From NCBI GenBank assembly GCA_964460855.1, contig CAYWQH010000007.1, forward strand, positions 5,628 through 69,627: a stretch of DNA of 64,000 bases, written 5' to 3'. The notes under the pieces are model-generated. The model was not told the DNA's origin. It was given only the letters and a program-made list of their open reading frames with translations, and ran no database searches. This document shows, in pieces, positions 1 to 9,343 of this stretch (position 1 is the stretch's first letter; every line of letters begins with the position of its first letter). The position numbers and the translations under genes were made by a program. This DNA is from an uncultured Candidatus Saccharibacteria bacterium. Lineage in GTDB: Bacteria > Patescibacteriota > Saccharimonadia > Saccharimonadales > UBA10212.

Positions 1-81
1 CTTGCCTTTATGGTCGAATACGGCGAACAAAGTTTTAGTGCCGCCGACATCAATAGCCAGGAAGTGTGGCGATTTAAGCAT
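1..81 (-). CDS. ROK/ASKHA-type sugar kinase-like protein, first 27 codons only (gene continues left of the window)
   Basis: The reverse complement of 1..81 starts with ATG and reads MLKSPHFLAIDVGGTKTLFAVFDHKGK. DxGGT(K) is the phosphate-1 motif of ROK glucokinase-like proteins. It is absent from the ORF track because it is open at the window edge. Confidence 0.5.
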   Translation of the reverse strand, partial: MLKSPHFLAIDVGGTKTLFAVFDHKGK

Positions 82-261
82 TATTAGCTCCTATTCTATC
101 ACGCTACTGCTTGGGCCCTAACAGATAACGTACTCTTTACATTAGCGGCTAAATTAACTACAATTGACAGTAATCTTGAGAGTGTATTTGAGGCGTGCCG
201 GATTTATCCGGTTAGCTCGGATGCGCCCGAAGGAAATATTTTATAAGGAGGCATGTAATAC

Positions 262-1320
262 ATGTCAAAGAGCCTAACTATGGACGAGTTGCTCGCGTCC
301 GTTGATATACCAAATATTAAAACCGGTGATGTCGTGGAGGGTATGGTTACGTCCGTACGCAAACACGAAGTATGGGTAGACCTGGGCCCCAACGGGGTCG
401 GAATTGTCATGCGCCGCGAAGTCGGCCATAACCCGATTGAAGCTGGCCAAACCATAACCGCCAGCGTGGTTGACCCCGAATTGGATGAAGGCCATGCCTT
501 GCTGAGTATGCGCCGGGCCGCCAAAGACCGCGGCTGGGACGAGCTTCAGCGATTGTTTGAAGCCCAGGAAATCATAGAAATTACCGCCTACGATGCCAAC
601 CGCGGCGGATTGTTAGTGGAGCTGGAAGGCATCCGCGGCTTTTTGCCGGTCAGTCAATTGGCTGCCGAACATTATCCGCGTGTTTCCGGTGCCGATAAAG
701 ATGAAATTTTGCAAAAGCTTAACTCTTTGGTTAATAAGCCGATCCGCGTCCGGATTTTAGACGTCAGCCGCAAAGACAATAAGCTAATATTCTCTGAAAA
801 AGAGGCCGTTAAAGACGATATGCAATCACGGCTGGAGAACCTTAAAGTCGGCGACGTCGTTAAAGGTATCGTTACCGGCGTAATAGATTTTGGCGCTTTC
901 GTAAATGTTGACGGCATCGAAGGTTTGATCCACATATCCGAAATATCATGGGAGCGGGTAGAAGATCCCCGCAAATACATTAAAAACGGCGACACCGTAG
1001 AGGCTAAAATAATCGCCATCGACAAAGACCGCTTAAGCCTTAGCCTCAAGCAAATGACCGAAGACCCTTGGTTAGAGGAAGTTAAGAAGTTTAAAAAAGG
1101 CGAACTTGTAGACGGCAAAATAACCCGTATTACACCGTTCGGGGCATTCGTTCAGCTATCACCGAGCGTAGAAGCTTTGGTGCATGTTTCGGAAATGAGC
1201 GACGACGAAGGTATTGACCCGGAAAAAATCTTTAAACTTAACGAGAAGAAACAGTTTAAAGTAATTGATATCGATACCGAAAACCGCAAGATCGCGCTCA
1301 GCCTGAAAGAAGTAAAATAA
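262..1320 (+). CDS. rpsA: S1 RNA-binding domain protein (short ribosomal protein S1 homologue with four S1 domains)
   Basis: 352-aa ORF with AAGGAGG at 245-251, 10 nt before the ATG. It has four ~70-aa S1/OB repeats (GDVVEGMVTSV.., ..RGFLPVSQL, GDVVKGIVTGVIDFGAFVNV..GLIHISE, GELVDGKITRITPFGAFVQL..ALVHVSE). Confidence 0.85.
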   Translation: MSKSLTMDELLASVDIPNIKTGDVVEGMVTSVRKHEVWVDLGPNGVGIVMRREVGHNPIEAGQTITASVVDPELDEGHALLSMRRAAKDRGWDELQRLFEAQEIIEITAYDANRGGLLVELEGIRGFLPVSQLAAEHYPRVSGADKDEILQKLNSLVNKPIRVRILDVSRKDNKLIFSEKEAVKDDMQSRLENLKVGDVVKGIVTGVIDFGAFVNVDGIEGLIHISEISWERVEDPRKYIKNGDTVEAKIIAIDKDRLSLSLKQMTEDPWLEEVKKFKKGELVDGKITRITPFGAFVQLSPSVEALVHVSEMSDDEGIDPEKIFKLNEKKQFKVIDIDTENRKIALSLKEVK

Positions 1321-1367
1321 GCGCAGCCGGCAGCGGTTGCCCGGAATAAGCCCAGGAGTTTAACGAA

Positions 1368-3131
1368 TTGGCCAGAACCATTGAAATTGACAATGCCATC
1401 ACAGTCGGCGCCCTGTCCGAAGCTTTAATGCTGCCGGTCAGCCGGGTAATCACCGAGCTGTTTAAAAACGGCATTATGGCAACCGTTAATGAGCGGATCG
1501 ACTACGAAACGGCCCAAATCATTGTTAGCGACCTGGAACTTGATGTTGAACTCAAGGCCAAAGAGCACGAAGCGCCGGCTAACCACCGCGAAGCCCGCCA
1601 GGTTAGCGATAAGGCCGTAGCCCGGCCGCCGGTAGTTGCTTTTATGGGACATGTTGACCATGGCAAAACCAGCCTGATGGATGCTATTCGAGGAGCTGAA
1701 GTAGTCAAGGAAGAAGCCGGCGGCATCACCCAGCACATATCGGCTTTTCAAATTGACCATAACGGCAGGTTACTGACGCTGCTAGACACTCCCGGGCACG
1801 AAGCATTCGCCGCATTGCGCGAACACGGTGCCCAGCTGACCGACCTGGTGGTAATTGTGGTGGCCGCCGACGACGGCATTAAACCCCAAACCATAGAAGC
1901 CATCCGTTTTGCCAGGCGGGCCAACGTAAAGATGATTGTGGCCGCCAATAAAATGGATAAGCCCGAAGCGGACATTAACCGCTTAAAACAGCAATTGGCT
2001 GAAAACGATTTGCTTATCGAAGAGTGGGGCGGCGAAATTATCTTGCTGCCGGTCTCGGCTAAAACCAAAGAAGGCATTCCGCAGTTGTTGGATATGATTT
2101 TGCTAGTGGCCGACGTTGAAGAGCTGAAGGCTGATGTGGATGGCCCGGCCCAAGGCTTAGTAATTGAATCGCATATGGAAACCGGCCGGGGGCCAATCGC
2201 AATAGCTATGGTCGAAAACGGGACGCTGCACCAAGGTGATTTTATAGCCGCCGGCGGCTCTTACGGCAAAGTCCGGACATTAGAAACTTCCGAAGGCAAG
2301 CCGATAAAATCGGCTGGCCCGTCTACGCCGGTGCGGATTAACGGCTTAAAAAACCTGCCGGAATTCGGCGACGAATTTATTGCCCTCAAAGACGAAAAAA
2401 CCGCCCGTAACCAGGCAGTGGGCGCCGCCCAGTCGCGCCGCGCCGAAAACCAAAGCTCCAATATGAGCGGCCAGGAACTTTTGCGCATTATCAACCGCAG
2501 TAACGAATTACAAGAGTTGAACATTATCGTTAAAGCCGACGTACAGGGTTCATTGACCTCTGTAATTGACAGCCTCAAAACCTTAGCCAACGAGGAAGTG
2601 GCCGTACGGATAGTAGGTTCGGGCATTGGCGTGGTAAACGAAAACGACATTCATATGGCGGCCACCAGCAAAGCTATTATCTACGGTTTCCACGTATCGC
2701 TGCCGCCAAGTATCAGGCAATTGGCTTTGCGCGATAAAGTATCGGTCCGCTTATACAGCGTCATTTATGAGCTTATAGATGACGTAAAACTAGAGCTGGA
2801 AACTATGCTATCGCCGGAAGTTATCGAAACCGAACTTGGTTCTTTGGAAGTTAAAGGCATATTTAAGATCACTAAAACCGAAGTTATATGCGGCGGTGAA
2901 GTTAAGTCAGGCAAATTATCTTTGCCGGCCATGGCCAGCGTAACCCGCGGCGAAGAAAAAATTGCTGATGACCTTGAAGTTATAGGCTTAAAACGCGGCC
3001 CGCAAGAAGCTAAAGAGGTGGTAGCCGGAGAAATGTGCGGCCTCAGTTTTAGCAGTAAATCTAGAGTTGAAGTCCAGGAAGGCGACGTTATTAAGTTTTA
3101 CAACCGCGAAGCCAAAGCCCGCTCACTTTAA
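1368..3131 (+). CDS. infB: Translation initiation factor IF-2 (short form, 587 aa)
   Basis: TTG start 9 nt after AGGAG (1354-1358). GTPase motifs GHVDHGKTS, DTPGH and NKMD are present, and the IF2 C-terminal domains are recognisable (VKADVQGSLTSV, GEVKSGKL). Confidence 0.95.
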   Translation: MARTIEIDNAITVGALSEALMLPVSRVITELFKNGIMATVNERIDYETAQIIVSDLELDVELKAKEHEAPANHREARQVSDKAVARPPVVAFMGHVDHGKTSLMDAIRGAEVVKEEAGGITQHISAFQIDHNGRLLTLLDTPGHEAFAALREHGAQLTDLVVIVVAADDGIKPQTIEAIRFARRANVKMIVAANKMDKPEADINRLKQQLAENDLLIEEWGGEIILLPVSAKTKEGIPQLLDMILLVADVEELKADVDGPAQGLVIESHMETGRGPIAIAMVENGTLHQGDFIAAGGSYGKVRTLETSEGKPIKSAGPSTPVRINGLKNLPEFGDEFIALKDEKTARNQAVGAAQSRRAENQSSNMSGQELLRIINRSNELQELNIIVKADVQGSLTSVIDSLKTLANEEVAVRIVGSGIGVVNENDIHMAATSKAIIYGFHVSLPPSIRQLALRDKVSVRLYSVIYELIDDVKLELETMLSPEVIETELGSLEVKGIFKITKTEVICGGEVKSGKLSLPAMASVTRGEEKIADDLEVIGLKRGPQEAKEVVAGEMCGLSFSSKSRVEVQEGDVIKFYNREAKARSL

Positions 3132-3209
3132 AACAGGCGTAAGCATTATTGACAATTGACCTCTGTATTGCTACTTTAAGCGTAGTAATCACTAAAATAA
3201 AAACCAAAA

Positions 3210-4553
3210 ATGTCCGAAAAAGTAGCGACTCCAACCGCTGAAGCACTGCCATCAACAGCGGAAGCTAAACCCAAACCCAGTCCCCAAGAAAGACTTGCCA
3301 GCCTTAAAGATGCCGCTAAATTCGCGGATATCGTATCCATAGATAAAGCATTGTCCGACGAACAAAGAGACGTTGCCCTTGATGAAATTATGAGCGCCAT
3401 GGACGACGGCACAATTAGCGAAAAGTTGGCTGAATATGAAGCCTACCGTGACCATATGAAAGGCTTGTCGGAGAAGCATGTCAAACCTACGGAAGATGAC
3501 CCGCAAGCAGACATTAGAGCCCAAAGGGAAGCTGGCCAAAAGCACCGAAACCGTTTGTATGATGAATCTTTAGCTAAAATGGAGCCGGCCCCCGAATATA
3601 GTGCCGACACCATAGAAGAAGCCTTTAACCAAGGCAATTCTTTAAGCCTGGAAAGCCAATTAGCTGAACTTAGTTTGTCCGACTCCTTAAAGCTGGCCCG
3701 CCAGGCAATAAAGGACGAAAAACCGGAATTAGCTCAGATGCTGCTAAAGCAAGCCACAGACAATAAAGTAGATCAAATCGATATGAGCAATGAGCAGCTG
3801 GACCGCACCATGGCTTTAATAGAAGGCCTGGAAACGCAAGCTCAAGAGCTAATGCCGGAAAAGAATCGCGGCTTACTAGTAGCTTTACACGAAAAATACG
3901 AGGTAGCCAAAGACAAGCTCAAAAAATATTCTCCAGCCGAATTGGGCCGGATGGCCTACGTATCAATTAACGGCAAAATAATGGATTTTGGCCAACGCGG
4001 CAGTACTTCGCATGAGAGCGAGGCAAACACAGAAAGCAAAACAAAGAGTAGGGCGATAAAAGCAGGCGTTGTTATCGGCGGTATTGCTGTAGCTATGGTG
4101 TCATACCGTTATGGCGTATCGGTGGGGCGCCGCGGCTTGCACGAAATTGCCGATACGGCCCAACAACACCTGGGCGGCGGCCACGGCGATAAAATGCCAA
4201 AAACTGAAGTAGCCAGTTTAGTTAGTAATAAAGGTGAGGCCGGCAAACACATTGAAACTGCCAGGCATGCCCGAAACTCTTTGCCGCGCAGCTTTACACC
4301 CAAACATGGGGAAAGTGGCGAAAGCGCAATTGCCAGGTTGCGTAGCATACATGAACATCGCCATATAACAACTGAACAGACCGAAAAGTTTATGCATAAG
4401 CATTCCAAGCTTTACGATAGGTTATACCACCATCCCGGTTTGCGGGGAGTATTTAAACGGGGACCGAAAGGTAGTTCCGATATCCGGATTTACGGCTCGA
4501 TGAACAAGCGGCAATTAAAAATCTTTTATGACATCTTCTATAACAGGAAGTGA
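3210..4553 (+). CDS. Hypothetical protein with acidic/coiled N-terminal half, one predicted TM helix (AIKAGVVIGGIAVAMVSY) and a basic His-rich C-terminus
   Basis: 447-aa ORF filling the gap between infB and the next gene. No recognisable catalytic motif. A-rich leader without an obvious SD. Confidence 0.5.
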   Translation: MSEKVATPTAEALPSTAEAKPKPSPQERLASLKDAAKFADIVSIDKALSDEQRDVALDEIMSAMDDGTISEKLAEYEAYRDHMKGLSEKHVKPTEDDPQADIRAQREAGQKHRNRLYDESLAKMEPAPEYSADTIEEAFNQGNSLSLESQLAELSLSDSLKLARQAIKDEKPELAQMLLKQATDNKVDQIDMSNEQLDRTMALIEGLETQAQELMPEKNRGLLVALHEKYEVAKDKLKKYSPAELGRMAYVSINGKIMDFGQRGSTSHESEANTESKTKSRAIKAGVVIGGIAVAMVSYRYGVSVGRRGLHEIADTAQQHLGGGHGDKMPKTEVASLVSNKGEAGKHIETARHARNSLPRSFTPKHGESGESAIARLRSIHEHRHITTEQTEKFMHKHSKLYDRLYHHPGLRGVFKRGPKGSSDIRIYGSMNKRQLKIFYDIFYNRK

Positions 4554-4610
4554 TTTAACTTGCCCCGGCAATTTTGTTAAGATAAACGTAAGCTAAGAGG
4601 CCAGATAAAA

Positions 4611-5090
4611 GTGTTCAAACTTGATAACAATTTGCTTGAAGAGCTCGGACTGGGGCAATTGCCGGTAGCCGAAAAGAACAAGATGCTGGCCCATATTTAC
4701 CAGACGCTCGAAATGCGGGTAGGCATGCGGCTGGCCGAAAAAATGAGCGACGAACAACTGGATGAATTCGAGCGTTTTATAGACGGTGATTTAGACTATG
4801 CCCGCCAATATTTAGATAACCATTTGCCCGGATGGCAGCAACAGCCGGACTACGTCAACCAGGTTTCGGCCGCCCAGCAACAGGGTTTAGCGCCCGATAA
4901 AGTGCTGCCGGAATATACCGCCCTTAAATGGCTGGAAAAAAACTTCCCAAATTATAAAGATGTTGTCGCCGAAGAACTCGATAAGCTAAAAACCGAAATT
5001 AAAGACCAGTCACCTGCCATTATGGCCGCTACCATGGCCGAGCTGGACGGCCCGCCGGCTCAAGCCGGCAGCCATTCACAAGCCGCTTAA
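4611..5090 (+). CDS. Conserved hypothetical small acidic protein (pattern resembles the DUF5663-type proteins I associate with CPR genomes)
   Basis: 159-aa ORF with a GTG start after AAGAGG (4594-4599). N-terminus is MFKLDNNLLEELGLGQLPVAEKNKMLAHIYQTLEMRVG. Its 3' end overlaps the convergent fmt by 15 nt. Confidence 0.5.
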   Translation: MFKLDNNLLEELGLGQLPVAEKNKMLAHIYQTLEMRVGMRLAEKMSDEQLDEFERFIDGDLDYARQYLDNHLPGWQQQPDYVNQVSAAQQQGLAPDKVLPEYTALKWLEKNFPNYKDVVAEELDKLKTEIKDQSPAIMAATMAELDGPPAQAGSHSQAA

Positions 5091-6011
5091 TTTATCTTTA
5101 TATCCGGCTATAAAAGCCGCGCCGGTCATTTCTTGTTTGCCGGCCGGCACCAGCCGGTCGATTACCAGGCTGCCTTGGGAAGTGCCGACTTTTAACAGGT
5201 TGCCCGCAGTATCAAGCAGGCCCTCGTTTATGGCAGATTCATCCGTATGGGCCGCAGTAACTACAACGTCCAGCCCGCCAAAACTGGCATAACTTTTGGG
5301 CCAGCCGGCATAAGCCCGGATTTCTTTTTCTAGCTGTTCAGCCGGTTTATGCCAATCCAGCTGGCCGTCGGCTTTGGTGATCGGTTTATCATAAGAAGCT
5401 TTGGAGACATCTTGCGGCACGGCTACGGCACTGCCATTGATAATACGAGGCAGCAGGTCCAGCAACATCGCCCGGCCGGTTTCCAATAACTTATCGGCCA
5501 ACTGCTGCTTGGTTTCACGGCTGTTTAGGGGCAGGGTGCTTTGGGCGTAAACCGGCCCGGCATCAAGTTCTGAAGTTAGCTTCATTATTGATACTCCAGT
5601 TTGGTTGTCGCCGCTTAAAATGACGCTCTCGATTGGCGTTGGCCCGCGGTGTTTCGGCAATAATGATGGGTGGATATTAATTATGCCGTGAGGGAATAGC
5701 GCGATTAAGTCGGTTGGAATTATCCGGCCGTAAGCGGCTAATATGCCAATGTCCGGTTGCAGCTCATTAACAGTTTTAAGCAATTCCGCGTTTTCTAAAG
5801 ATTTAAATACCGGTACGTTGTTTTGTGCGGCTGCTGATTCGACGGAGAACTGGGTTTGGCGCCGCGATTGGACAGCCCGGGCGTTATTAATTAAAGCTAA
5901 AACCGGGTATCCGGCTTCGATTAAGCCGTTTAAAACTGGCGCTTGGCTGGTTACGCCGGTAGCCAGGCATTCATTACCGAAAAATATCAGCTTGGGCAAC
6001 ATCTTTGTCAT
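5076..6011 (-). CDS. fmt: Methionyl-tRNA formyltransferase
   Basis: 311 aa. N-terminal formyltransferase fold with HPSLLPKHRGPTPI and a C-terminal tRNA-binding domain. Classic def-fmt pairing. The start may be the second Met (6002). Confidence 0.9.
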   Translation of the reverse strand: MTKMLPKLIFFGNECLATGVTSQAPVLNGLIEAGYPVLALINNARAVQSRRQTQFSVESAAAQNNVPVFKSLENAELLKTVNELQPDIGILAAYGRIIPTDLIALFPHGIINIHPSLLPKHRGPTPIESVILSGDNQTGVSIMKLTSELDAGPVYAQSTLPLNSRETKQQLADKLLETGRAMLLDLLPRIINGSAVAVPQDVSKASYDKPITKADGQLDWHKPAEQLEKEIRAYAGWPKSYASFGGLDVVVTAAHTDESAINEGLLDTAGNLLKVGTSQGSLVIDRLVPAGKQEMTGAAFIAGYKDKLSGL

Positions 6012-6549
6012 AATCTAGCTCTTCTAATTTTCCGTCGTCTTTTAGCCGGTAAAAGGCGTCGCGGCGGCCTTTGATGTGGTCGACAAACATCACGCCGTTT
6101 AAATGGTCGATTTCGTGCTGGAAAACCCGGGCTAAAAAGTCGCTGACTTTAAATTTAACCGGCCGGCCGTTTTCATCCATGGCCTTGACCCTGATTTTAG
6201 TATGGCGCGGCACCCGGCCGTATAAATTCGACACGCTAAGACAGCCTTCGTAATCTTCTTCTACGGCGCCTTCCAGTTTAGTAATTTCGGGATTAATTAA
6301 CACTGTAAATTGTCGGTTATGTTTGTCATTAAAATCGTCGCGGATAATGATTATGCGGTAGAGCTTATCAATCTGGACGGCGGCTAAAGCCACGCCGACT
6401 TCATGCTGTCGGCTGTCTTCCCAATCCAGCGTAGCGGCCTTCATATCTTCGATGATGCCCTTAATTTCCGGCGAAATATCGCCGACGCGTTCTGATTTTT
6501 GCCGCAAACGGGAATTCGGCAACGAAATGATATTATCTTTGCTGGTCAT
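5974..6549 (-). CDS. def: Peptide deformylase
   Basis: 191 aa with all three deformylase motifs: GVALAAVQI, EGCLS, QHEIDHLNG. The 3' end overlaps the fmt start by ~30-38 nt. Confidence 0.95.
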   Translation of the reverse strand: MTSKDNIISLPNSRLRQKSERVGDISPEIKGIIEDMKAATLDWEDSRQHEVGVALAAVQIDKLYRIIIIRDDFNDKHNRQFTVLINPEITKLEGAVEEDYEGCLSVSNLYGRVPRHTKIRVKAMDENGRPVKFKVSDFLARVFQHEIDHLNGVMFVDHIKGRRDAFYRLKDDGKLEELDYDKDVAQADIFR

Positions 6550-6596
6550 AATTTTTTACCAGTATAGCTTAGGGGCTATCGGTTGGCTATGTTTGG

Positions 6597-8570
6597 TCAA
6601 AGCAAATGCATCGGATCAATATCTACCGTCCAGTTAGGCGGAACGGCCCGGGCGATGGCAACTAAGTTAGCCCGGTCTTTGCTTTTGATAACGATCTGCC
6701 AATAATAAGCATTATTGCGCTTTTCTAAAAAGCAAGGTGAGGGCCCGATAATTTGCACATGGCGGCCCCATTTTTGGCTGATTTTATGGTGCAGCTGGGC
6801 GGCGGCTTTTTCGGCGCCGCCCCGTGTGCGTCGCTTACAGGTCAGTTTTAACAAATAACTGAATGGCGGAAATCGAAAAGCCCGGCGCTCTATTAATATT
6901 TGTTCGTAAAAATTATGCCAGTTCCGGTTTATGGCTGCCTGTAGTATTGGATTGTCGGTATTGTAAGTTTGGACAACTGCCTGGCCGCGGGTGTGGCCGC
7001 GGCCGACCCGGCCTAGAACTTGATACAGCAGTTGGAACGTCCGTTCGTCGGCCGTGTAATCAGGTATAAACAGTGAAGAGTCGGCGGCGATTACGCCTAC
7101 CATGCCCAGCTTGGGCAAATCCAAACCTTTGGCCAGGATTTGGGTGCCGACAATAATATCGGCTTTACCGTCTTTTAAATTTCCATACTGGGCTTCTATA
7201 CGTTCTTCGGGGCGGTTATCGCTGTCGAAGCGCAAGATAGCCGCGTCGGTGAAAAAACGGCTAAGGGCGTCGGCTACCGTTTTAGTGCCGATGTTTTTGT
7301 AAATCAGGTCCGGGTTTTGGCATTGCGGGCAGCTGGTTGGCGGAACCTGTCGGAAACCGCAAATGTGGCACAGCGCGGCATGCAGGTCGCTGTGGTAGGT
7401 GAGCTGAACGTCGCAGTTCTGGCAGGTAAGGTGCCAGCCGCAATTGGTGCAAAAAACCAGCCTGGCAGTCCCGCGGCGGTTTAAATATACCAGCGCCTGG
7501 CGGTTTTCGTTTAAGGCGCTTTTTATTGTCTCGACCATAGGTTTGGACAAAAAAGGATAGTTTGTAAGCTGGCTTTTATCGCGCAGGTCAACCAATTTAA
7601 TTTGCGGCTTGGGGTGGTCGCTGGTAACGGCTGGCATAACCATCCGGACGATCGAATTTTTCTGGCTTGCCAGGTAATAATCGGTAACCAGCGGCGTAGC
7701 GGTGCCTAATATAGCTTTAGCGCCGGTTAAGGCGGCGAGTTTGCTGGCCACCCGGTTGGCGTGGTAATGGGGAGTTTGTTCCTGCTTATAAGAGGGTTCG
7801 TGGGCTTCATCGACGATTACATATCCTAGGTGGCGTACCGGCGCGAACAGGGCTGAGCGCGGCCCGATAACAATTAGCGGTCCGGTTGATTCTAATACCT
7901 GGAACCAGATTTTTTTGCGCTGGGCGGCCGTTAAGTTGGAGTGCAATACATATAAGGGCACCGGCAGGTCGCTGAGCATCATCAACAGCTGGGCGGTTAA
8001 AGCGATTTCGGGAGTTAGCACAATTACCGATTTTTTATCTTCAATCGCCCGCTTGCACAGCTCGGCATAAACCCTGGTTTTACCGCTGCCGGTTTCGCCG
8101 TGTAATAAAATGGTGTGCGACTGCGAACTGGCGATGGCCGTTAAGGCAGCCGCCTGGTCTGCAGTGAGTGGAAGGTTAAGCTCAATTGCCAATTGGGATT
8201 TATCTATCTGCTTTTGGACTAAATTTACCGTCCGGACGCTAGGTTTAGTCGGGGCGATTTGGCGCAGCGCTTCGCCCAGGCTGCAGGCATAATAAAACTG
8301 GATCCATTTAGCCAGACTTATTAAATGGGCAGGCAATAAGGCGCTGGAATTAACCTGGATTACCGGCTTGACCCTAAAGCCAGGCTTGCGGACTTTTTTA
8401 GATACAAAGCCAGTTACCCTGCGCTGCAGCAAAGGCACGGTAACGACCGTATTTTCGGCCAGATCGGTATCCGAAGAATAAGTTAAAGCTTCGTCTCCGC
8501 GGTATTTACTGTCGGCTATCAGCACCTCGTAGTATTTAGGGGCGGGCATTTCCTCATTATAACTTGCCAA
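6597..8570 (-). CDS. priA: Primosomal protein N' (replication restart helicase PriA)
   Basis: 657 aa. Has Walker A GETGSGKT, DEAH-like VDEAHE, and a Cys-rich zinc-binding insertion (CTNCGWHLTCQNCDVQLTYH..CHICG..CPQC). Confidence 0.9.
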   Translation of the reverse strand: MASYNEEMPAPKYYEVLIADSKYRGDEALTYSSDTDLAENTVVTVPLLQRRVTGFVSKKVRKPGFRVKPVIQVNSSALLPAHLISLAKWIQFYYACSLGEALRQIAPTKPSVRTVNLVQKQIDKSQLAIELNLPLTADQAAALTAIASSQSHTILLHGETGSGKTRVYAELCKRAIEDKKSVIVLTPEIALTAQLLMMLSDLPVPLYVLHSNLTAAQRKKIWFQVLESTGPLIVIGPRSALFAPVRHLGYVIVDEAHEPSYKQEQTPHYHANRVASKLAALTGAKAILGTATPLVTDYYLASQKNSIVRMVMPAVTSDHPKPQIKLVDLRDKSQLTNYPFLSKPMVETIKSALNENRQALVYLNRRGTARLVFCTNCGWHLTCQNCDVQLTYHSDLHAALCHICGFRQVPPTSCPQCQNPDLIYKNIGTKTVADALSRFFTDAAILRFDSDNRPEERIEAQYGNLKDGKADIIVGTQILAKGLDLPKLGMVGVIAADSSLFIPDYTADERTFQLLYQVLGRVGRGHTRGQAVVQTYNTDNPILQAAINRNWHNFYEQILIERRAFRFPPFSYLLKLTCKRRTRGGAEKAAAQLHHKISQKWGRHVQIIGPSPCFLEKRNNAYYWQIVIKSKDRANLVAIARAVPPNWTVDIDPMHLL

Positions 8571-8624
8571 CCAATCTGGCGATGCGCTATACTTATCGTT
8601 GTTCGAATAACAATAATCAAGCTT

Positions 8625-8912
8625 ATGTTAGATGTCTTTATCACTTCTCGGGTCCGGCGCAAAATCATAGTTGTCTATGCTAAATATCCTGATTTTAAAA
8701 CCCACGTCCGGGGCCTGGCCAAACTTATCAAAGAGGACGCCGGCAATATCCAGCGCGAATTAAAGCGCTTGGAGAAAATCGGCTTTTTAATTTCGGAGCG
8801 CCAGGGCAATACCAAGATTTACCATACCAATAAGCACTTCGCCATTTTTAAAGAGTTGCAAAGCATTGTACTTAAATCGCAGCGAATGAACCAAAAAAAG
8901 AACCAGCTTTAA
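8625..8912 (+). CDS. Small winged-helix (ArsR/MarR-like) DNA-binding protein
   Basis: 95 aa. The pattern HVRGLAKLIKEDAGNIQRELKRLEKIGFLISERQGNTKIY matches a wHTH recognition helix plus wing. It is divergent from priA. Confidence 0.6.
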   Translation: MLDVFITSRVRRKIIVVYAKYPDFKTHVRGLAKLIKEDAGNIQRELKRLEKIGFLISERQGNTKIYHTNKHFAIFKELQSIVLKSQRMNQKKNQL

Positions 8913-8923
8913 CCACGCACCAA

Positions 8924-9056
8924 CCGCCTGCCAACCAAGCAAAGCATGGTTTCAGGCGGTTTTTTGGCGCATCGCGTTGTCGCCAGCTCCAGTGCTCCCT
9001 CAACGTATGTTAAATACGTTTCGGTCCGCGCTTCGCCGGCTCCTAGCGCTGCATCC
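8924..9056 (-). ncRNA. Copy C of an unassigned four-member structured RNA element family (see findings)
   Basis: The reverse complement reads GGAUGCAGCGCUAGGA..GACCGA-AACGUAU-UUAAC-AUACGUU-GAGGGA..GACAACGCGAUGCGCC, followed by a long hairpin CCGCCUG..GC-UUU-GC..CAGGCGG. It is collinear with copies A and B and carries compensatory changes. Confidence 0.5.
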
Positions 9057-9089
9057 AAATGCGAGGTTAAATAGTCATGTAAGGCAGTC

Positions 9090-9118
9090 TTGCCAATCTG
9101 TATCTGTTATCGTACAAT
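9090..9118 (+). promoter_or_regulatory. Candidate sigma70-type promoter of rpsU (TTGCCA-17 nt-TACAAT)
   Basis: -35 TTGCCA at 9090-9095, a 17-nt spacer, and -10 TACAAT at 9113-9118. The predicted TSS is only ~2-4 nt before the ATG at 9128, implying a near-leaderless mRNA. Confidence 0.45.
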
Positions 9119-9127
9119 ATTCAGGTT

Positions 9128-9340
9128 ATGATACAAGTTACCCGCAAAGATTCTAAAGAGTCCGTCGAAAACCTGCTGCGCCGTTTTACCCGCAAAGTGC
9201 AGCAATCCGGCGTTGTTATGACCGTTAAATCGGGCCAATATTTTGAAAAACCGATGAGCAAGCGCGAACGCCGCCTTAAGGCAATTGTCAGGCGCGAACG
9301 CAAATTGCAAAAAGCCAAGAAAATTAAACTCGGTAGATAA
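9128..9340 (+). CDS. rpsU: 30S ribosomal protein S21
   Basis: 70 aa, very basic. ESVENLLRRFTRKVQQSGV..KRERRLKAIVRRERK is typical of S21. Confidence 0.9.
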   Translation: MIQVTRKDSKESVENLLRRFTRKVQQSGVVMTVKSGQYFEKPMSKRERRLKAIVRRERKLQKAKKIKLGR

Positions 9341-9343
9341 CCA

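Noticed and set aside
4554-4610. Weak hairpin ttgc-cccg-gcaa followed by TTTTG after the 447-aa ORF, considered as a terminator
   Set aside because: It has only a 4-bp stem, which is too weak to call.
8924-8965. Simple rho-independent terminator of the wHTH gene
   Set aside because: This is not fully rejected: the + strand shape is terminator-like. However, the hairpin is the conserved 3' hairpin of RNA-element copy C on the opposite strand, so it is annotated as part of that element and discussed as dual-use.
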